Below are positions 36,101-44,135 of a stretch of 64,000 nt of DNA, piece by piece; position 1 is the first letter of the stretch; the number at the start of each line of letters is the position of its first letter. The DNA lies in assembly GCA_965285935.1 (NCBI GenBank), contig OZ260665.1:27714001-27778000 (forward strand), written 5' to 3'. Below the pieces are notes generated by a model. That model worked only from the letters and a program-made list of their open reading frames with translations, was not told the origin of the DNA and ran no database searches. Origin of the DNA: Ophelia neglecta (taxonomy: Eukaryota). A program made the position numbers and the translations under genes.

Positions 36101-39100
36101 GGACACGCTGTAGTCCAGACCGTAGGTGGCACTCCCTGAGCCAACCTCAAACTTCACTGTCACCTGCCACAAATATGTTAACTTCACTTCTGTCATTATA
36201 TACCCATGATCTTTAACAACAATGTACCAACAAACTTCTATATTAGCTTTCACAAATTAAGTTGTAAGTAGTGCTCTGCTTTTAAATAGTTGTTTTGTTT
36301 TTATTTCAAATTGAAGGCTTTTATCAATTAAATAGTCATGTTTGGGATTTCCTTGGAGTATTAGCTTTCAGAAAAATATATAGAGACATTCGAAGTCATG
36401 GTTATCAAGAAGTGTTTGCCAGTTTTCACCATGAGAAGCCTTTAAAGTCTTACTAATAAAAGAAACATTTTGACAAAGTAATGTTCAGAAGCTCAAGCTG
36501 GGCTACAAACAATGGATTTTTACAGATTGGTTTTATTCCCTGCACAGTATTGAGATGACTATATAAGATGAGTGTTTACCATTGCCAGGTTGACAGTTAT
36601 AACTTACAGATCCAAAGGCTCCTCCTGACCTGACCACACTGGTCAGCACCCCAGTGAACTCCTCACTGACGGTTATAGCGTCGTTGGACAGCTGTAGAAC
36701 GCCGCTGGGGTTGTCATTGGCTGATATAATGATCTGACTGTAACACTCTGTGACAGGACCCAGGCGAGGTGAATCCTGAACTGTTAACATACAGGCTTAG
36801 AGCGTAGTGATATGCCCCAGACTGGACTTATTTCAATGTATTACAAATTTATGACCTTTTTGATGACATCACTTACACACCCTATAAGCTATTAAACATG
36901 ACTTTGTAAAACGAAGTTAGCCCATCACATTGCTCAATTTGTGCAGATCAAATAGCATTACATAATACTGTTTGTGCAGTCTATTACTACCATTTTATAG
37001 GCCTGACTAAGGAATTGGAAAAGAAATTTAATTCACTTCTCATTGGAATTCTATGAATCATACCAGACTTTGGTTTCTATCAGATAAGAACCAAGAAACT
37101 AGACAGCATTTAGGCAATCATAGAAAAAATTGGCTAAACTTAGAGCAAATTTTACAACAGCATTCTGCACAGCCCTTTTAAGATGACAACCTGAAAATCC
37201 AAATTGAGCCTTTTGAAGACCAACTTTTAGTTTTCTGTTAATAACCGAACCAGCCTAAAGCTACGGACTAATCAGAAATACACAAACCAATTCTGGACTG
37301 TTCCCCCTGTATGAGATAGGCGCCCGTCAGCCGTACAAAGAAAGTCTCGTCCACCTCAGGCTCCAAGTCGTCTCTGACGGTGACATTGAAGGCGGCGGTG
37401 GTGTTCCCAGGGCCTATGACCACAGACCCTGTGGAGTTGGAGTAGTCCAGGGGGCCAGCCCTCGTCCCTCCCGGCAGGTAGGGGTAGCTCTCCCAGGGGC
37501 GCAGTGTGGAGTAGTCTACTCGCACTGTGCCAAAGGTCCCCGAGTTAGCCACTCTCTCAATGGTCACTGCTACTTCTGATAGAATAAAGATATGCTGGTA
37601 ATCATCCAGTTATGTTACATTCCTAATCAAAGTATACATTGCCTCCACTAAACGGTCAATATTTAAATAATGAAGTAGGCAAAATCAGTAGAAAGGAATT
37701 GTATGCTTTTGTGTGGTGGTTTTTCATTATTTAATCAAAGAAGGAAAAATTCCCAGGTACAAACATGGAAGCACAGACTTTAAAATCCGGAAGTGCATAT
37801 CCCTCTATTAGTTTACCTTGGAATGTCTCTTCCACATAGATGGGCCTGTTGTCGGCTGCTATAACAAACACCCCGTAGGGATCGTCATTCCCTATGACGG
37901 TTATGCTGGCCTGCAGCTTGCCTTCTTCTCCCAAAGAGCCCTTCACAGAGAATAAGTTTGTTCATTGAAACATCATTATTAAGAGTTAAAGCAGAGTGTT
38001 AGATTTTCGCTGATATTTGAACCATTCTAAACTCTTTATTTCCCAATTTCAAATAACTTGTTTTAATTGTTTCAAGTTTGCTAAAATTGAAGATTTTTAA
38101 AAGTGCTCTATGACAAACAATATTGAAAAGTGAGTGTTGCAAACTGCTTTAAATTTAAGGATACTTTTTTATTTAGCAAAAGAAAAAATCTCCAAGGCAA
38201 ATCCACAAGATAAAGTTGTTTTCAAAGAACCTTGCATTGCAGTAGGCATGCCATATAGATGCAAACATGATGGTTTTATTGACATGTACCTGTGAGACTT
38301 GTAGTATGTACAGAAATCAATCATTACCAGTGAGACTTGTAGCATGTATACGAATCAAGCCCTACCAGTGAGACTAGTAGTATATACATGAATCAAGCCC
38401 TACCAGAGACTTGTAGTATGTTTATGAATCAAGCCCTACCAGTGAGTCTAGTAGTATATACATGAATAAAGCCATACCAGTGAGACAAGTAGTATATACA
38501 TGAATAAAGCCACACCAGTGAGACAAGTAGTATATACATGAATCACGCCCTACCAGTGAGACTTGTAGCAGTTGGACATGGTATATCTCATCCAGCTCAG
38601 GCATGAGGTCGTCTCGGATGCGCAGGACAAACTCCGAACTCTGCTGACCTGTGTCAAAGGTCAGATAACCAAAAGATTCCATGATGTCATCGTCTGTGTC
38701 ATCAGTGACCTGCCAGGTCACATTCACCTGGCCGATAGCTCCACCTTCTCTCACAACCTACAGTGTCGACATGAGACATGTGCCAGTTAACTTAGAAAGT
38801 GCTCAATGACCAAACAGCTTAGGACCATGCAATTATATTCATTTGATGATATCCAGATTGAAGATGACAACAGAGTTCAATGTACTAACATTTTAATTTA
38901 ATTTTTGCTACCAAACTGCTAGCCTATATATACAATATCAACATGTCACTTAATTTTATGGACTCTGCTACGAGTAGCTGTATTTTTACAGTTTTACAGT
39001 TAGACCTGACCAATAAATTTAGACTGAGACCCATGTTTAAGTGAAGGGCCTAATACATTGTATCAACGATTTGATAACTAATTTTGTCAAGCTGGCTGGT

Positions 39101-39455
39101 TGACTGTGCCTTCTCATGTGCTTTTTATATTTTGGTACATACCTAGGCCCCTTGTAAGTTCTGATCTAGTTCCTACCTTAAGTGTAACTTTAAAGTTCTC
39201 TCCCTCCTCTGACCTGCTCTCCTGTGCTGTTGTAAACAGAGAGAATTCAGCAAACTGAAAGACCCCATAGGCCTGGTCTGAGTGCTGGATGGTGACAGCC
39301 AGCCTGGAGCCCAAACCCACACTGCCCCCATTGGTCGGGTTCACCAACTCCACCACAAAGTACTTCTCACTCTCCGGGATCTCATTGTCCAGGATCTGTA
39401 TTTGTATGGTGGCAGATCGCTGACCTGGAGCAAATGTCAGGCGTCCGATGGCTGC
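42..39455 (-). CDS. ADGRV1: Adhesion G-protein coupled receptor V1 (VLGR1/GPR98), internal portion of extracellular region: 50 exons, 2959 codons, Calx-beta repeats + EAR/EPTP block; 5' and 3' ends outside window
   Basis: Exons chain with consistent phases and GT(GC)-AG boundaries; repeated Calx-beta motifs (..I.DD..PE..E.F.V.L, ..NDxPxGxF.F, RxGGxxGxVxVxW) flanking EAR-type repeats (YLIIANH, FLVIANY, FVAIANH, YLVIANG); this domain order is diagnostic of ADGRV1. Confidence 0.95.
626..727 (-). CDS. ADGRV1: ADGRV1 window exon 49
   Basis: VAKTFAVTIY..SGNFTLI|gtaagt. Confidence 0.84.
1250..4079 (-). repeat. 63-bp tandem array (~45 copies) of exon 48 3' end + donor
   Basis: Unit GGGGGACAGCAGTCCTTCTCTCTGACAGTCAAACCCCACACAGGATGGGAG|gtaggtatctca. 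Confidence 0.97.
4027..4203 (-). CDS. ADGRV1: ADGRV1 window exon 48
   Basis: catag|LRWRIMGPN..GGQQSFSLTVKPHTGWE|gtaggt. Confidence 0.86.
4754..4931. mobile_element. MITE family A (Tc1/mariner-pogo type), ~180 bp
   Basis: TA|CAGTGAAACCT...AGGTTTCACTG|TA terminal inverted repeats with TA flanks; several copies in window. Confidence 0.85.
5007..5182 (-). CDS. ADGRV1: ADGRV1 window exon 47
   Basis: GAVLG..IAKSDYPNGKFSF..RSGGLLGSQT. Confidence 0.9.
5601..5771. mobile_element. MITE family A copy
   Basis: Similar to 4754-4931, TA flanks. Confidence 0.8.
5850..6092 (-). CDS. ADGRV1: ADGRV1 window exon 46
   Basis: YEDVGVAAIPVIRG..IIDDMEMEFTEQF. Confidence 0.9.
6234..6379 (-). CDS. ADGRV1: ADGRV1 window exon 45
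   Basis: SNNYTLISGLRLDQAP..KNDNAEGFVEF. Confidence 0.86.
6641..7638 (-). repeat. 55-bp tandem array (~18 copies) of exon 44 3' end + donor
   Basis: Unit GAACTGCTGTACCCTGT|gtaagtggttagacatgttaaatcaaaagccccctagt. Confidence 0.95.
7622..7866 (-). CDS. ADGRV1: ADGRV1 window exon 44
   Basis: VTVPVVRNYG..VDDVIAEGPERF..ELLYP, donor gtaagt phase 2. Confidence 0.88.
8002..8190 (-). CDS. ADGRV1: ADGRV1 window exon 43
   Basis: AGDDSIPELRQKY..ASDYPHGLFEF. Confidence 0.9.
8395..8941 (-). repeat. 51-bp tandem array (~11 copies) of exon 42 3' end + donor
   Basis: Unit GGGGAGGCTTACATTGTCATACAG|gtcagtacactactgctgggtaatgaa. Confidence 0.96.
8917..9067 (-). CDS. ADGRV1: ADGRV1 window exon 42
   Basis: AEIQLARAPGVYGEVKVTW..GEAYIVIQ|gtcagt. 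Confidence 0.86.
9371..9603 (-). CDS. ADGRV1: ADGRV1 window exon 41
   Basis: GESRKQITLVTKPDNQLEGQETFTVSL..GEPTAGYDG. Confidence 0.87.
9722..10520 (-). repeat. 53-bp tandem array (~15 copies) of exon 40 3' end + donor
   Basis: Unit TATGACTTCAATGAGCCCCTCATGGGCACAGTCAGGTTTGGGCCT|gtaagtag. Confidence 0.95.
10475..10639 (-). CDS. ADGRV1: ADGRV1 window exon 40
   Basis: VTVRES..RRGTDGVVNVDW..GTVRFGP|gtaagt. Confidence 0.87.
11037..11162 (-). CDS. ADGRV1: ADGRV1 window exon 39
   Basis: TFDVQL..RNDSPNGVFSF. Confidence 0.88.
11683..11913 (-). CDS. ADGRV1: ADGRV1 window exon 38
   Basis: RTVGLFGEVEVSW..IVDDTLPEDLQ. Confidence 0.9.
12429..12608. mobile_element. MITE family A copy
   Basis: TA|CAGTAAAAAACCT...AGGTTTCACTG|TA. 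Confidence 0.8.
12670..12849 (-). CDS. ADGRV1: ADGRV1 window exon 37
   Basis: DSAPEVTEIFWVNI..ENDNARGVVQF. Confidence 0.87.
13114..13243 (-). CDS. ADGRV1: ADGRV1 window exon 36
   Basis: TLRAV..AVSGEDY..VEITILT; acceptor chosen by phase. Confidence 0.8.
13814..13985 (-). CDS. ADGRV1: ADGRV1 window exon 35
   Basis: LTVLANDSPYGVV..RRQGSLGHIRVTY. Confidence 0.88.
14363..14541. mobile_element. MITE family B, ~178 bp
   Basis: CACTGGTCCCT..ATG...CATCGCAGGGACCACTG TIRs; similar to 23616 and 39819 copies. Confidence 0.8.
14550..14697 (-). CDS. ADGRV1: ADGRV1 window exon 34
   Basis: VEFANDQAAATITITIRDDNLSEMDE..RGAKI. Confidence 0.87.
15265..15423 (-). CDS. ADGRV1: ADGRV1 window exon 33
   Basis: DSLERREEE..RRRGSSGRVVVRW. 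Confidence 0.87.
15713..15917 (-). CDS. ADGRV1: ADGRV1 window exon 32
   Basis: SVTLTFVPGQ..ILDDLNAEDTETFFVEL..SNDDGHG. Confidence 0.9.
16114..16354 (-). CDS. ADGRV1: ADGRV1 window exon 31 (EAR end)
   Basis: YLVIAS..SAVYAWD..SDYIP. Confidence 0.86.
16357..16475 (-). repeat. 29-bp tandem array (~4 copies) immediately upstream of exon 31 acceptor
   Basis: Unit catatatgagttactgtttcctattggtc; only the last copy is followed by ag. Confidence 0.9.
16743..17063 (-). repeat. ~46-bp tandem array (7 copies) of exon 30 3' end + donor
   Basis: Repeated ATAGAACATG...GACAACGGTGTGG|gtaagtc. Confidence 0.92.
17024..17126 (-). CDS. ADGRV1: ADGRV1 window exon 30 (EAR)
   Basis: IYSWNSLTQLWTSIQKIRGNGIEHVGVFNMDNGM. 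Confidence 0.84.
17331..17493 (-). CDS. ADGRV1: ADGRV1 window exon 29 (EAR)
   Basis: SIIYKL..QQVDTHGAVD..YLVIANG. Confidence 0.88.
17821..17911 (-). repeat. 45-bp two-copy duplication of exon 28 3' end + donor
   Basis: CAGARAGCA..GCATATGARCTCAA|gtaagtactggtattgaggt twice. Confidence 0.9.
17886..18166 (-). CDS. ADGRV1: ADGRV1 window exon 28 (EAR)
   Basis: VQDLNTIGATD..FLVIANY..SYVYQW..FVAIANH. Confidence 0.9.
18321..19636 (-). mobile_element. Non-autonomous Helentron/HINE-like (DINE-1/pearl-type) element with internal tandem repeats
   Basis: On minus strand: 5' TATATCCGCGAAATGCGGATAT subTIR/IR, (GCC)n microsatellite, internal ~154-bp and ~100-bp tandem units, 3' CGCATTCGCGGATATA subTIR, TGCTGTCGG..CCGACAGCA hairpin, CTAG then T-run. 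Confidence 0.75.
19034..19198. mobile_element. MITE family A copy (inverted, one end damaged) nested in Helentron-like element
   Basis: Reverse-complement match to 5601-5771; ends AGGTTTCACTGTA. Confidence 0.75.
19836..19982 (-). CDS. ADGRV1: ADGRV1 window exon 27 (EAR)
   Basis: TIETDGA..YLIIANHG..SRLY. Confidence 0.87.
20295..20486 (-). CDS. ADGRV1: ADGRV1 window exon 26 (EAR/EPTP region)
   Basis: ..SILYRWQGSLVQVQ EAR-repeat signature. Confidence 0.86.
20762..20921 (-). CDS. ADGRV1: ADGRV1 window exon 25
   Basis: DTSINVEETAG..SDGTA..STVQQ|gtaagt. Confidence 0.86.
21005..21189 (-). CDS. ADGRV1: ADGRV1 window exon 24
   Basis: GSTMLELTAVPDDEPEEAE..RNDAPYG. Confidence 0.88.
21557..21813 (-). 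CDS. ADGRV1: ADGRV1 window exon 23
   Basis: TITILASDLASGVVNF..RAPGIFGVVNV..VTFQDRE. Confidence 0.88.
21924..22065 (-). CDS. ADGRV1: ADGRV1 window exon 22
   Basis: DIHFGPGVAEQTVVIAILEDSVPEPDESF; weak donor gttaac. Confidence 0.82.
22195..22638. repeat. Near-perfect local duplication, period 247 bp
   Basis: 22195-22391 repeated at 22442-22638. Confidence 0.9.
22788..22932 (-). CDS. ADGRV1: ADGRV1 window exon 21
   Basis: LDAQEF..RDKGTFGEVSV..ATRGEDF. Confidence 0.87.
23263..23341 (-). CDS. ADGRV1: ADGRV1 window exon 20
   Basis: TMGTVAEVIINANDGTQGEVMF; phase 1 to 2 fits neighbours. Confidence 0.8.
23481..23540. mobile_element. MITE family A terminal fragment
   Basis: GTGGTCT subrepeats + GGCAGGTTTCACTGTA. 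Confidence 0.65.
23616..23788. mobile_element. MITE family B copy
   Basis: TA|CAGAGGTCCCTGCGATGTAGGG...CCCTACATCGCAGGGACCACTG|TA. Confidence 0.82.
23880..23988 (-). CDS. ADGRV1: ADGRV1 window exon 19
   Basis: VGLMEDDIPEVDEIFLVNLTRV..PRL. Confidence 0.88.
24328..24476 (-). CDS. ADGRV1: ADGRV1 window exon 18
   Basis: IVRIYYDVKGG..ANPNTDF..DGENSAAIT|gtaggt. Confidence 0.85.
25041..25220 (-). CDS. ADGRV1: ADGRV1 window exon 17
   Basis: VRSSGAAAVD..GNEPHGVFSF..DRKFGSI. Confidence 0.88.
25606..25705 (-). CDS. ADGRV1: ADGRV1 window exon 16
   Basis: GVQDREVLLHVLVDNEPKINQEYVVEIVNVRTE. Confidence 0.85.
26453..26592 (-). CDS. ADGRV1: ADGRV1 window exon 15
   Basis: DVMGLTIRRSAPALGRVTCDW..GTLFFDQ. 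Confidence 0.87.
27329..27514 (-). CDS. ADGRV1: ADGRV1 window exon 14
   Basis: VTIGIEDDEVPENDETI..ANDYVAGLLSF. Confidence 0.9.
30233..30358 (-). CDS. ADGRV1: ADGRV1 window exon 13
   Basis: GSIGTVSVEWYV..TATKGADF..LTFLPGDLRR. Confidence 0.88.
30994..31375 (-). CDS. ADGRV1: ADGRV1 window exon 12 (GC donor)
   Basis: TAPLYTVQAKSGVDY..SDDLPELNEKF..VERQ; ends CAAG|gcaagt. Confidence 0.87.
31650..32290 (-). mobile_element. 5'-truncated LINE remnant (CR1/L2-like ORF2 C-terminus + 3' UTR)
   Basis: ORF 31895-32287 THPIFRSLQILKLEDL..YHTRN..RTNY resembles the post-RT tail; 3' end AATAAA followed by (ATCA)n. Confidence 0.7.
32416..32565 (-). CDS. ADGRV1: ADGRV1 window exon 11 (Cys-rich, PAN/apple-like; not in ORF track)
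   Basis: tgtag|ACSQFCLLSEACKSFDYNPTRVDCNWFTTGDFQWLDNRTGYVYYSKIQDL|gtatgt, phase 0-0. Confidence 0.85.
32980..33088 (-). repeat. ~22-bp degenerate repeats (~4) copied from inside exon 10
   Basis: Intronic cagagctggcaagcctctcccc vs exonic GAGGGCTGGCAAGCCTCTCCCG. Confidence 0.7.
33106..33283 (-). CDS. ADGRV1: ADGRV1 window exon 10
   Basis: GGSYGQLKVYY..WNVKNQPDPLK|gtagga. Confidence 0.82.
33556..33740 (-). CDS. ADGRV1: ADGRV1 window exon 9
   Basis: DIMLILTS..PNDNPHGTVEF..VSR, donor gtgagt (phase 2). Confidence 0.85.
34152..34270 (-). CDS. ADGRV1: ADGRV1 window exon 8
   Basis: GAPDIDISPTSGAIYF..LADSDPEGTE|gtaggt. Confidence 0.85.
35486..35614 (-). CDS. ADGRV1: ADGRV1 window exon 7
   Basis: FESPSMSVEEP..RTGGTLGVVTVNW. 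Confidence 0.88.
35905..36163 (-). CDS. ADGRV1: ADGRV1 window exon 6
   Basis: VTVKFEV..NDRLPELEETF..SDDPHGAF. Confidence 0.9.
36608..36780 (-). CDS. ADGRV1: ADGRV1 window exon 5
   Basis: QDSPRLG..ANDNPSGVLQL..RSGGAFGS|gtaagt. Confidence 0.85.
37288..37575 (-). CDS. ADGRV1: ADGRV1 window exon 4
   Basis: VAVTIERVANSGTFGTVRVDY..DDLEPEVDETF; donor gtttgt. Confidence 0.85.
37817..37940 (-). CDS. ADGRV1: ADGRV1 window exon 3
   Basis: GSLGEEG..GNDDPYGVF..TFQ, phase 0 to 1. Confidence 0.85.
38287..38568 (-). repeat. 38-bp tandem array (~7 copies) of exon 2 3' end + donor
   Basis: Unit CTACAAGTCTCACTG|gtagggcttgattcatgtatata. Confidence 0.9.
38554..38757 (-). CDS. ADGRV1: ADGRV1 window exon 2
   Basis: VVREGGAIGQVNVTW..DDLMPELDE..LLQVSL|gtaggg. 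Confidence 0.88.
39177..39455 (-). CDS. ADGRV1: ADGRV1 window exon 1 (Calx-beta)
   Basis: ttgcag|AAIGRLTFAPGQ..ILDNEIPESEKYFVVEL..VTLK|gtagga. Confidence 0.9.
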
Positions 39456-39818
39456 CTGCAATAGAAATGTTTATTAAAATAATGGATATATGATATATCA
39501 TGCAACAAACCAGAGTTTGTGTGATTTTGGGGGATGCCATGATGAGTTGATCAGGGTGACCAGGGCCACGTTGTGATTATCACAAAGCTACCTGGGTTGT
39601 GCCATGATTTGGTCTGTATAAAAGCAGTTACACAAAACTACCACTTTTCTACCGCTCACCGAAACTCTCACTTGCTGGAAAGTGTTAACACAAATACGAA
39701 CTAGTTAACTCAACAAAATTAATGAAAGCATTGGTAGGCTTACAAACTTCAATACCCAAGCTCTGCTATATGAATTAGTACACAAAGCAGGGTTACAGCC
39801 AGACTAGGCAAGCAAGTG

Positions 39819-39996
39819 CAGTGGTCCCTGCAATGTAGGGACACCTCTACATCCAAGCAAAAGTGTCCCTACATAGCAGGTGTTCCTCCATCAGAGGGAC
39901 TTAAAATAGGAAAGATAAAGACATGGGCATTCAATAATGTCCTGTGGTGGGAGGGATTCACTTCATCGGAGGGTCCCTTCATTGCAGGGACAATTG
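39819..39996. mobile_element. MITE family B copy
   Basis: CAGTGGTCCCTGCAATG...CATTGCAGGGACAATTG|TA. Confidence 0.8.
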
Positions 39997-42900
39997 TACT
40001 GAGTAAGAACCATTGGAAAAGGTGGCGGCAATTTTAGATGTAACTGCCCAAAATAGGCTAGTCCATATACCTAGACCCAGTTCTGTGCCTCTATGGTCTG
40101 GTCTGCTCCCATAGATTTAGTAGAGCATGGGAAAAGTGATTGAGGGCATATTGCTGGTGTAGCATATACCCCATATATGTTCTCTATGGAAAAAAATGGT
40201 GCTTCATACATAACATTGGACAGGTGAGCCACAATAACGTGAGTAATGCAGGGCTGTTACAATTTACCATGTGGATTGTGACCGCATCAGGTTCGAAGAT
40301 ATTGTGTTCCTAGACATGAAACTTCAAGCTTTAAGAGCGTCAATAACCCTCCTGGGGGTTCATCATGAGTTATCTATCTAACTCCTATTGTATCATAGTG
40401 ATTTGATGACCATAACCCTTTATATATATAAAATTGAACATTTTCAAAAGGATTTGAATCATTGTTTGGAATCAATCTGTTTAAACCTCCAGATATTCCA
40501 GCAGTGTCCCTGGACTGGTCAAACTGGGGAACATTCTGGTATTCTTGGGCGCTTGTTAGGTATTCAAACCCGTGGTAACCTGAAGCGGTTTGTTGGCAGC
40601 CTGTCTTCAGACCGAGCCACTGATGACCTACGGCCCAAATCAATTCTCATCAAACAGCAGCCATGAAAGGAAACCTGATTTGTGTGGGATTGGTGTTTTC
40701 AGGAAGGCTGGGCTACTCCACTTACATGTAGAGGGAGAAATTAAGTGGCTATCATGTATGTAGCAGTGGTTAGGTAAAGGTTTTAAAAGATATGAATTAA
40801 AAGGGCACTGGGTTTCTGAACAACCTTTTTCAAAATAAAAAATTAGGCCAAATTGGAATTAGTACGTTTTGGCCTGAGCAGTTTATATAGGGGGTTATGC
40901 CCCCCCCCCCCCAACAGTAATAGCCCTGATATAAACTACATTCTTCACATACACTGAGGCCCAGTTCTACCACATTAAATGAACACAATGTGTCATCTAC
41001 CACATGGGTTCTGTCCAACCTAATCTACCTGAATACTGAAGGTAATTCTTTATTCCCACAAAAAATGTCTTAGGTCTCTTTAACCAGTATGTGAAAGCAA
41101 TTAGTTAGCTCAGTATTAAATGAGGAAGTCACTGTAAGTTGGCATCAGGATTACCAATGACTACACTTTCACAATCGTTAATCAGTCTCAATGAATCAGG
41201 TAAAGATGGCTATCCGTTTGAGAGTAGATCTGTCTATAACCGTACAGTATATCATTCCAAAACACAGGCGCACACCTTTGATTTGACATTGTAGTGATTG
41301 ATACACGTAAAGCTGAATGATGTTTGTTGATCCAAGGCAACAAAATACACTGTTTTTCTCCTGGAGCATCAAGTGCATGGTGCAGATGAGCAACAGGAAG
41401 AGAAGTATATCACAAGTGGCTATCAGCAAAAACAAGGAGCAAAGCTGAAATCTTAGAACCAGAACATAAAACACTGTATAGCAAAGTATTAACACATTGG
41501 CCTCAAATTAGGTGCAAATCACAAAGAATCTGATGACTAGATAGTGCGTCATGCTCGCTTGCCCTTTCACCCTCAATGTGACCAACACAACACAACCAGA
41601 GAGTTGCCTTTCACAGTCAATATTATTGCAGGCCTGCTGCCATACGCCACTGTTTTGGGATCTTCAGAAAGGTGTGTTGAGAAAACAGAAACAAATGGAA
41701 CTGCATGGGAGGCAGACGGAGCCGTGTGACCAGGCAAACACACAGCTTTACAACATACTGTCGGCTCAGTCAGCTTCGTGCCCAGATGTCAGAATTCTGG
41801 CAAAATATTGTGAAAAATTATCCCTGGTCCACGGCCAGGGTAAACACACACTACAGGAGTCCATTTTATAAATATATAACAATAGCAATGAGCCTCTTGG
41901 ATGGTTTACCCCTCAGATACTGGTTAAGAAAAGGCTCCTCCAATAGGGAGGTTTGTTACTTCACTGTGTCCTCATTGTGTAAGTGTTGTCAATCAGATAG
42001 AGAAATGAGCTAGACCTCCAAGCTGTAATCTGGTAATACCGAGCTAGGCGCTAACAGGATTGATTAAAACAGTGTACGCATGCTGACTTGAAAGATCTAA
42101 TGACTGACAAAATGACACTTGAAAACTGACATCATACTTGAAATAATTAATACCAGTCGGATTCTGAAAAATATATGTATGCTTTGAAAGTGATCGTGGT
42201 TTCAGGTGCGTTTGTGATCTCAAAAGTTACACATTGTATGAATGGTGATTAAAATACCGGAGCTGTGCTTGCTTCACTGATGGGGAAATCACTGTACATC
42301 AATTATGTGTGACTGGTGAACCCTGCAGTTATGTGATTAAATCTTGTAGCAGAAAAAGAGAGCTTTAAATGTTACTTCATACATCCACACCTTTCACTTA
42401 CGACAAATAATTATTCCAAGTAATCAAACTACCCACTAGCAAGCCTGAAATCAACATCAGTAGGGGTTAAGACCTACTTAAAAGTTAAAATCATCCTACC
42501 ATATGCCACAGATAATTTGTATGCAATAATTTCACATCTTGTGGACATGGAATAGACAAACCATTGGTGCAAATACCTGACTTTTGTGTTGAAACAAATT
42601 TCAATTTGCAAATAGCTTAAAAACAAAAGTATCACGTTTCTGGCCAGTTAAAAAATCATCAGCTTTTTTCGTTTTGTACTTACTCATATTCCTAATATTA
42701 GAAATACCTAAGGCATGTAATTAACATTGAAAATATATTTAATGAAAAATACTAAATACTGAGAATGTCCATTCTTTTTTTAATCCATCTTTAATGAGAA
42801 TTCCTCCAACTGATGCATGTTACTCATGGCTGTGCAGATAAAAACTTTTAGGCACCTCAAACTTCATGGAACAAGGCTTTAATTTGCTGGTAGAGCAAAA

Positions 42901-43679
42901 AACTGCCTTGAAATCATCAGCCAGCCACCCACATTGCTAAGTGAAGACAGAACTTCAGAGCAATACACTGTCTAATCTGCTAATCACTCCAGATTATAAC
43001 ACTCCCAGTGATCACATTGTACAGTGCCGAAAACAACTGTCATAGACATAAAAACATAGCATATTTACAGGTATGTATAAGTTTGGGAGGGAGTATCTGA
43101 TCATTTTGAAGCTGATTATTTTGTAAATTCCTTGTACAATCAAGAACATGTAATAAGAAGGCAATGATATTATTTCACTAAGATTTCACATTTAAGTAAA
43201 TAAAAACTTCCTGCCTCTGCCACAATAACAATCTAAGTAATAAATGCAATGACTAAAATGTATTCCTTCAGGCAAACAAATGGATGTCCCTAATTAGCCT
43301 CAGATGTTAGGTTCAGCATGTTCTGTTTTGAAGTAAGTATGAACATAGCACCGCAGATCAAATAAAGTAAGGAGGAATATTTTGGAGAACGGAATGGCAA
43401 CATTGTTGAATAGCCGCCTCGCTGATCCCTGACACCGCGGCAGTGCCCTCACCAAACATTTGGCTCTCCTGGTAATCAATGGAATGCTTCTATTGTTTAG
43501 GGACCAGTTGAAAAGTCTTAACTCATTACTAATAGGATAACTGGCACCCCCAAGTATAACCTAATCCAGCTTTGAGACCATCGTCCGCCCTTATTAGCAA
43601 AAATCAGCAATAAAATCACAAATTTTAAATCACTAATAGTTCATCCTACTCTTTCATGTTATATATATATATACATGTA

Positions 43680-43851
43680 CAATGAAACCTGCCTTATAGA
43701 CCACCTCTATTTTCAGACCTCCTGGAGACCACTTATTTGAAGACCCTACTGCATACATTCAATGTAAAATAACCTGTCTAAACAGACCCCCTCCATAATC
43801 AGACCAGCATTTTCCAGTACCTTGGGTGGTCTCATTTCACAGGTTTTACTC
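43680..43851. mobile_element. MITE family A copy (inverted)
   Basis: CAATGAAACCTGCC...CAGGTTTTACT, internal AGACCAC subrepeats. Confidence 0.75.
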
Positions 43852-44135
43852 TTTACATGTACCTGCAGACATGTCTAGTATGCATTTGTATTCATATCAA
43901 TTTCCACAGAGAGAATTTACATTGAAACTTTCCCTAGGGGAACAACCAACTTGTTAAAGTGCCTTGAGTTCTTTAACCCTGCCTGCCCTCATTCCTTCAT
44001 TCTTCTATGTTAAAGGGAGCCAAGTGATACTATAGGAGGAGAGTTGGTCTCAACACCAGCTTTGTGGCCATCAGCCCAATGTCAGGCCTCCATGCCTCCA
44101 GTTTTAATTAAAAACCCAATGAAATTGGCTTTAAG

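Noticed and set aside
1250-38568. Enrichment of 3n unit lengths among donor arrays
   Set aside because: 3 of 7 units (63, 51, 45) are multiples of three, close to chance, and the 45-bp one contains a stop
39816-40037. 73-aa ORF, similar to ORF 23671-23874
   Set aside because: Both are translations of MITE family B copies
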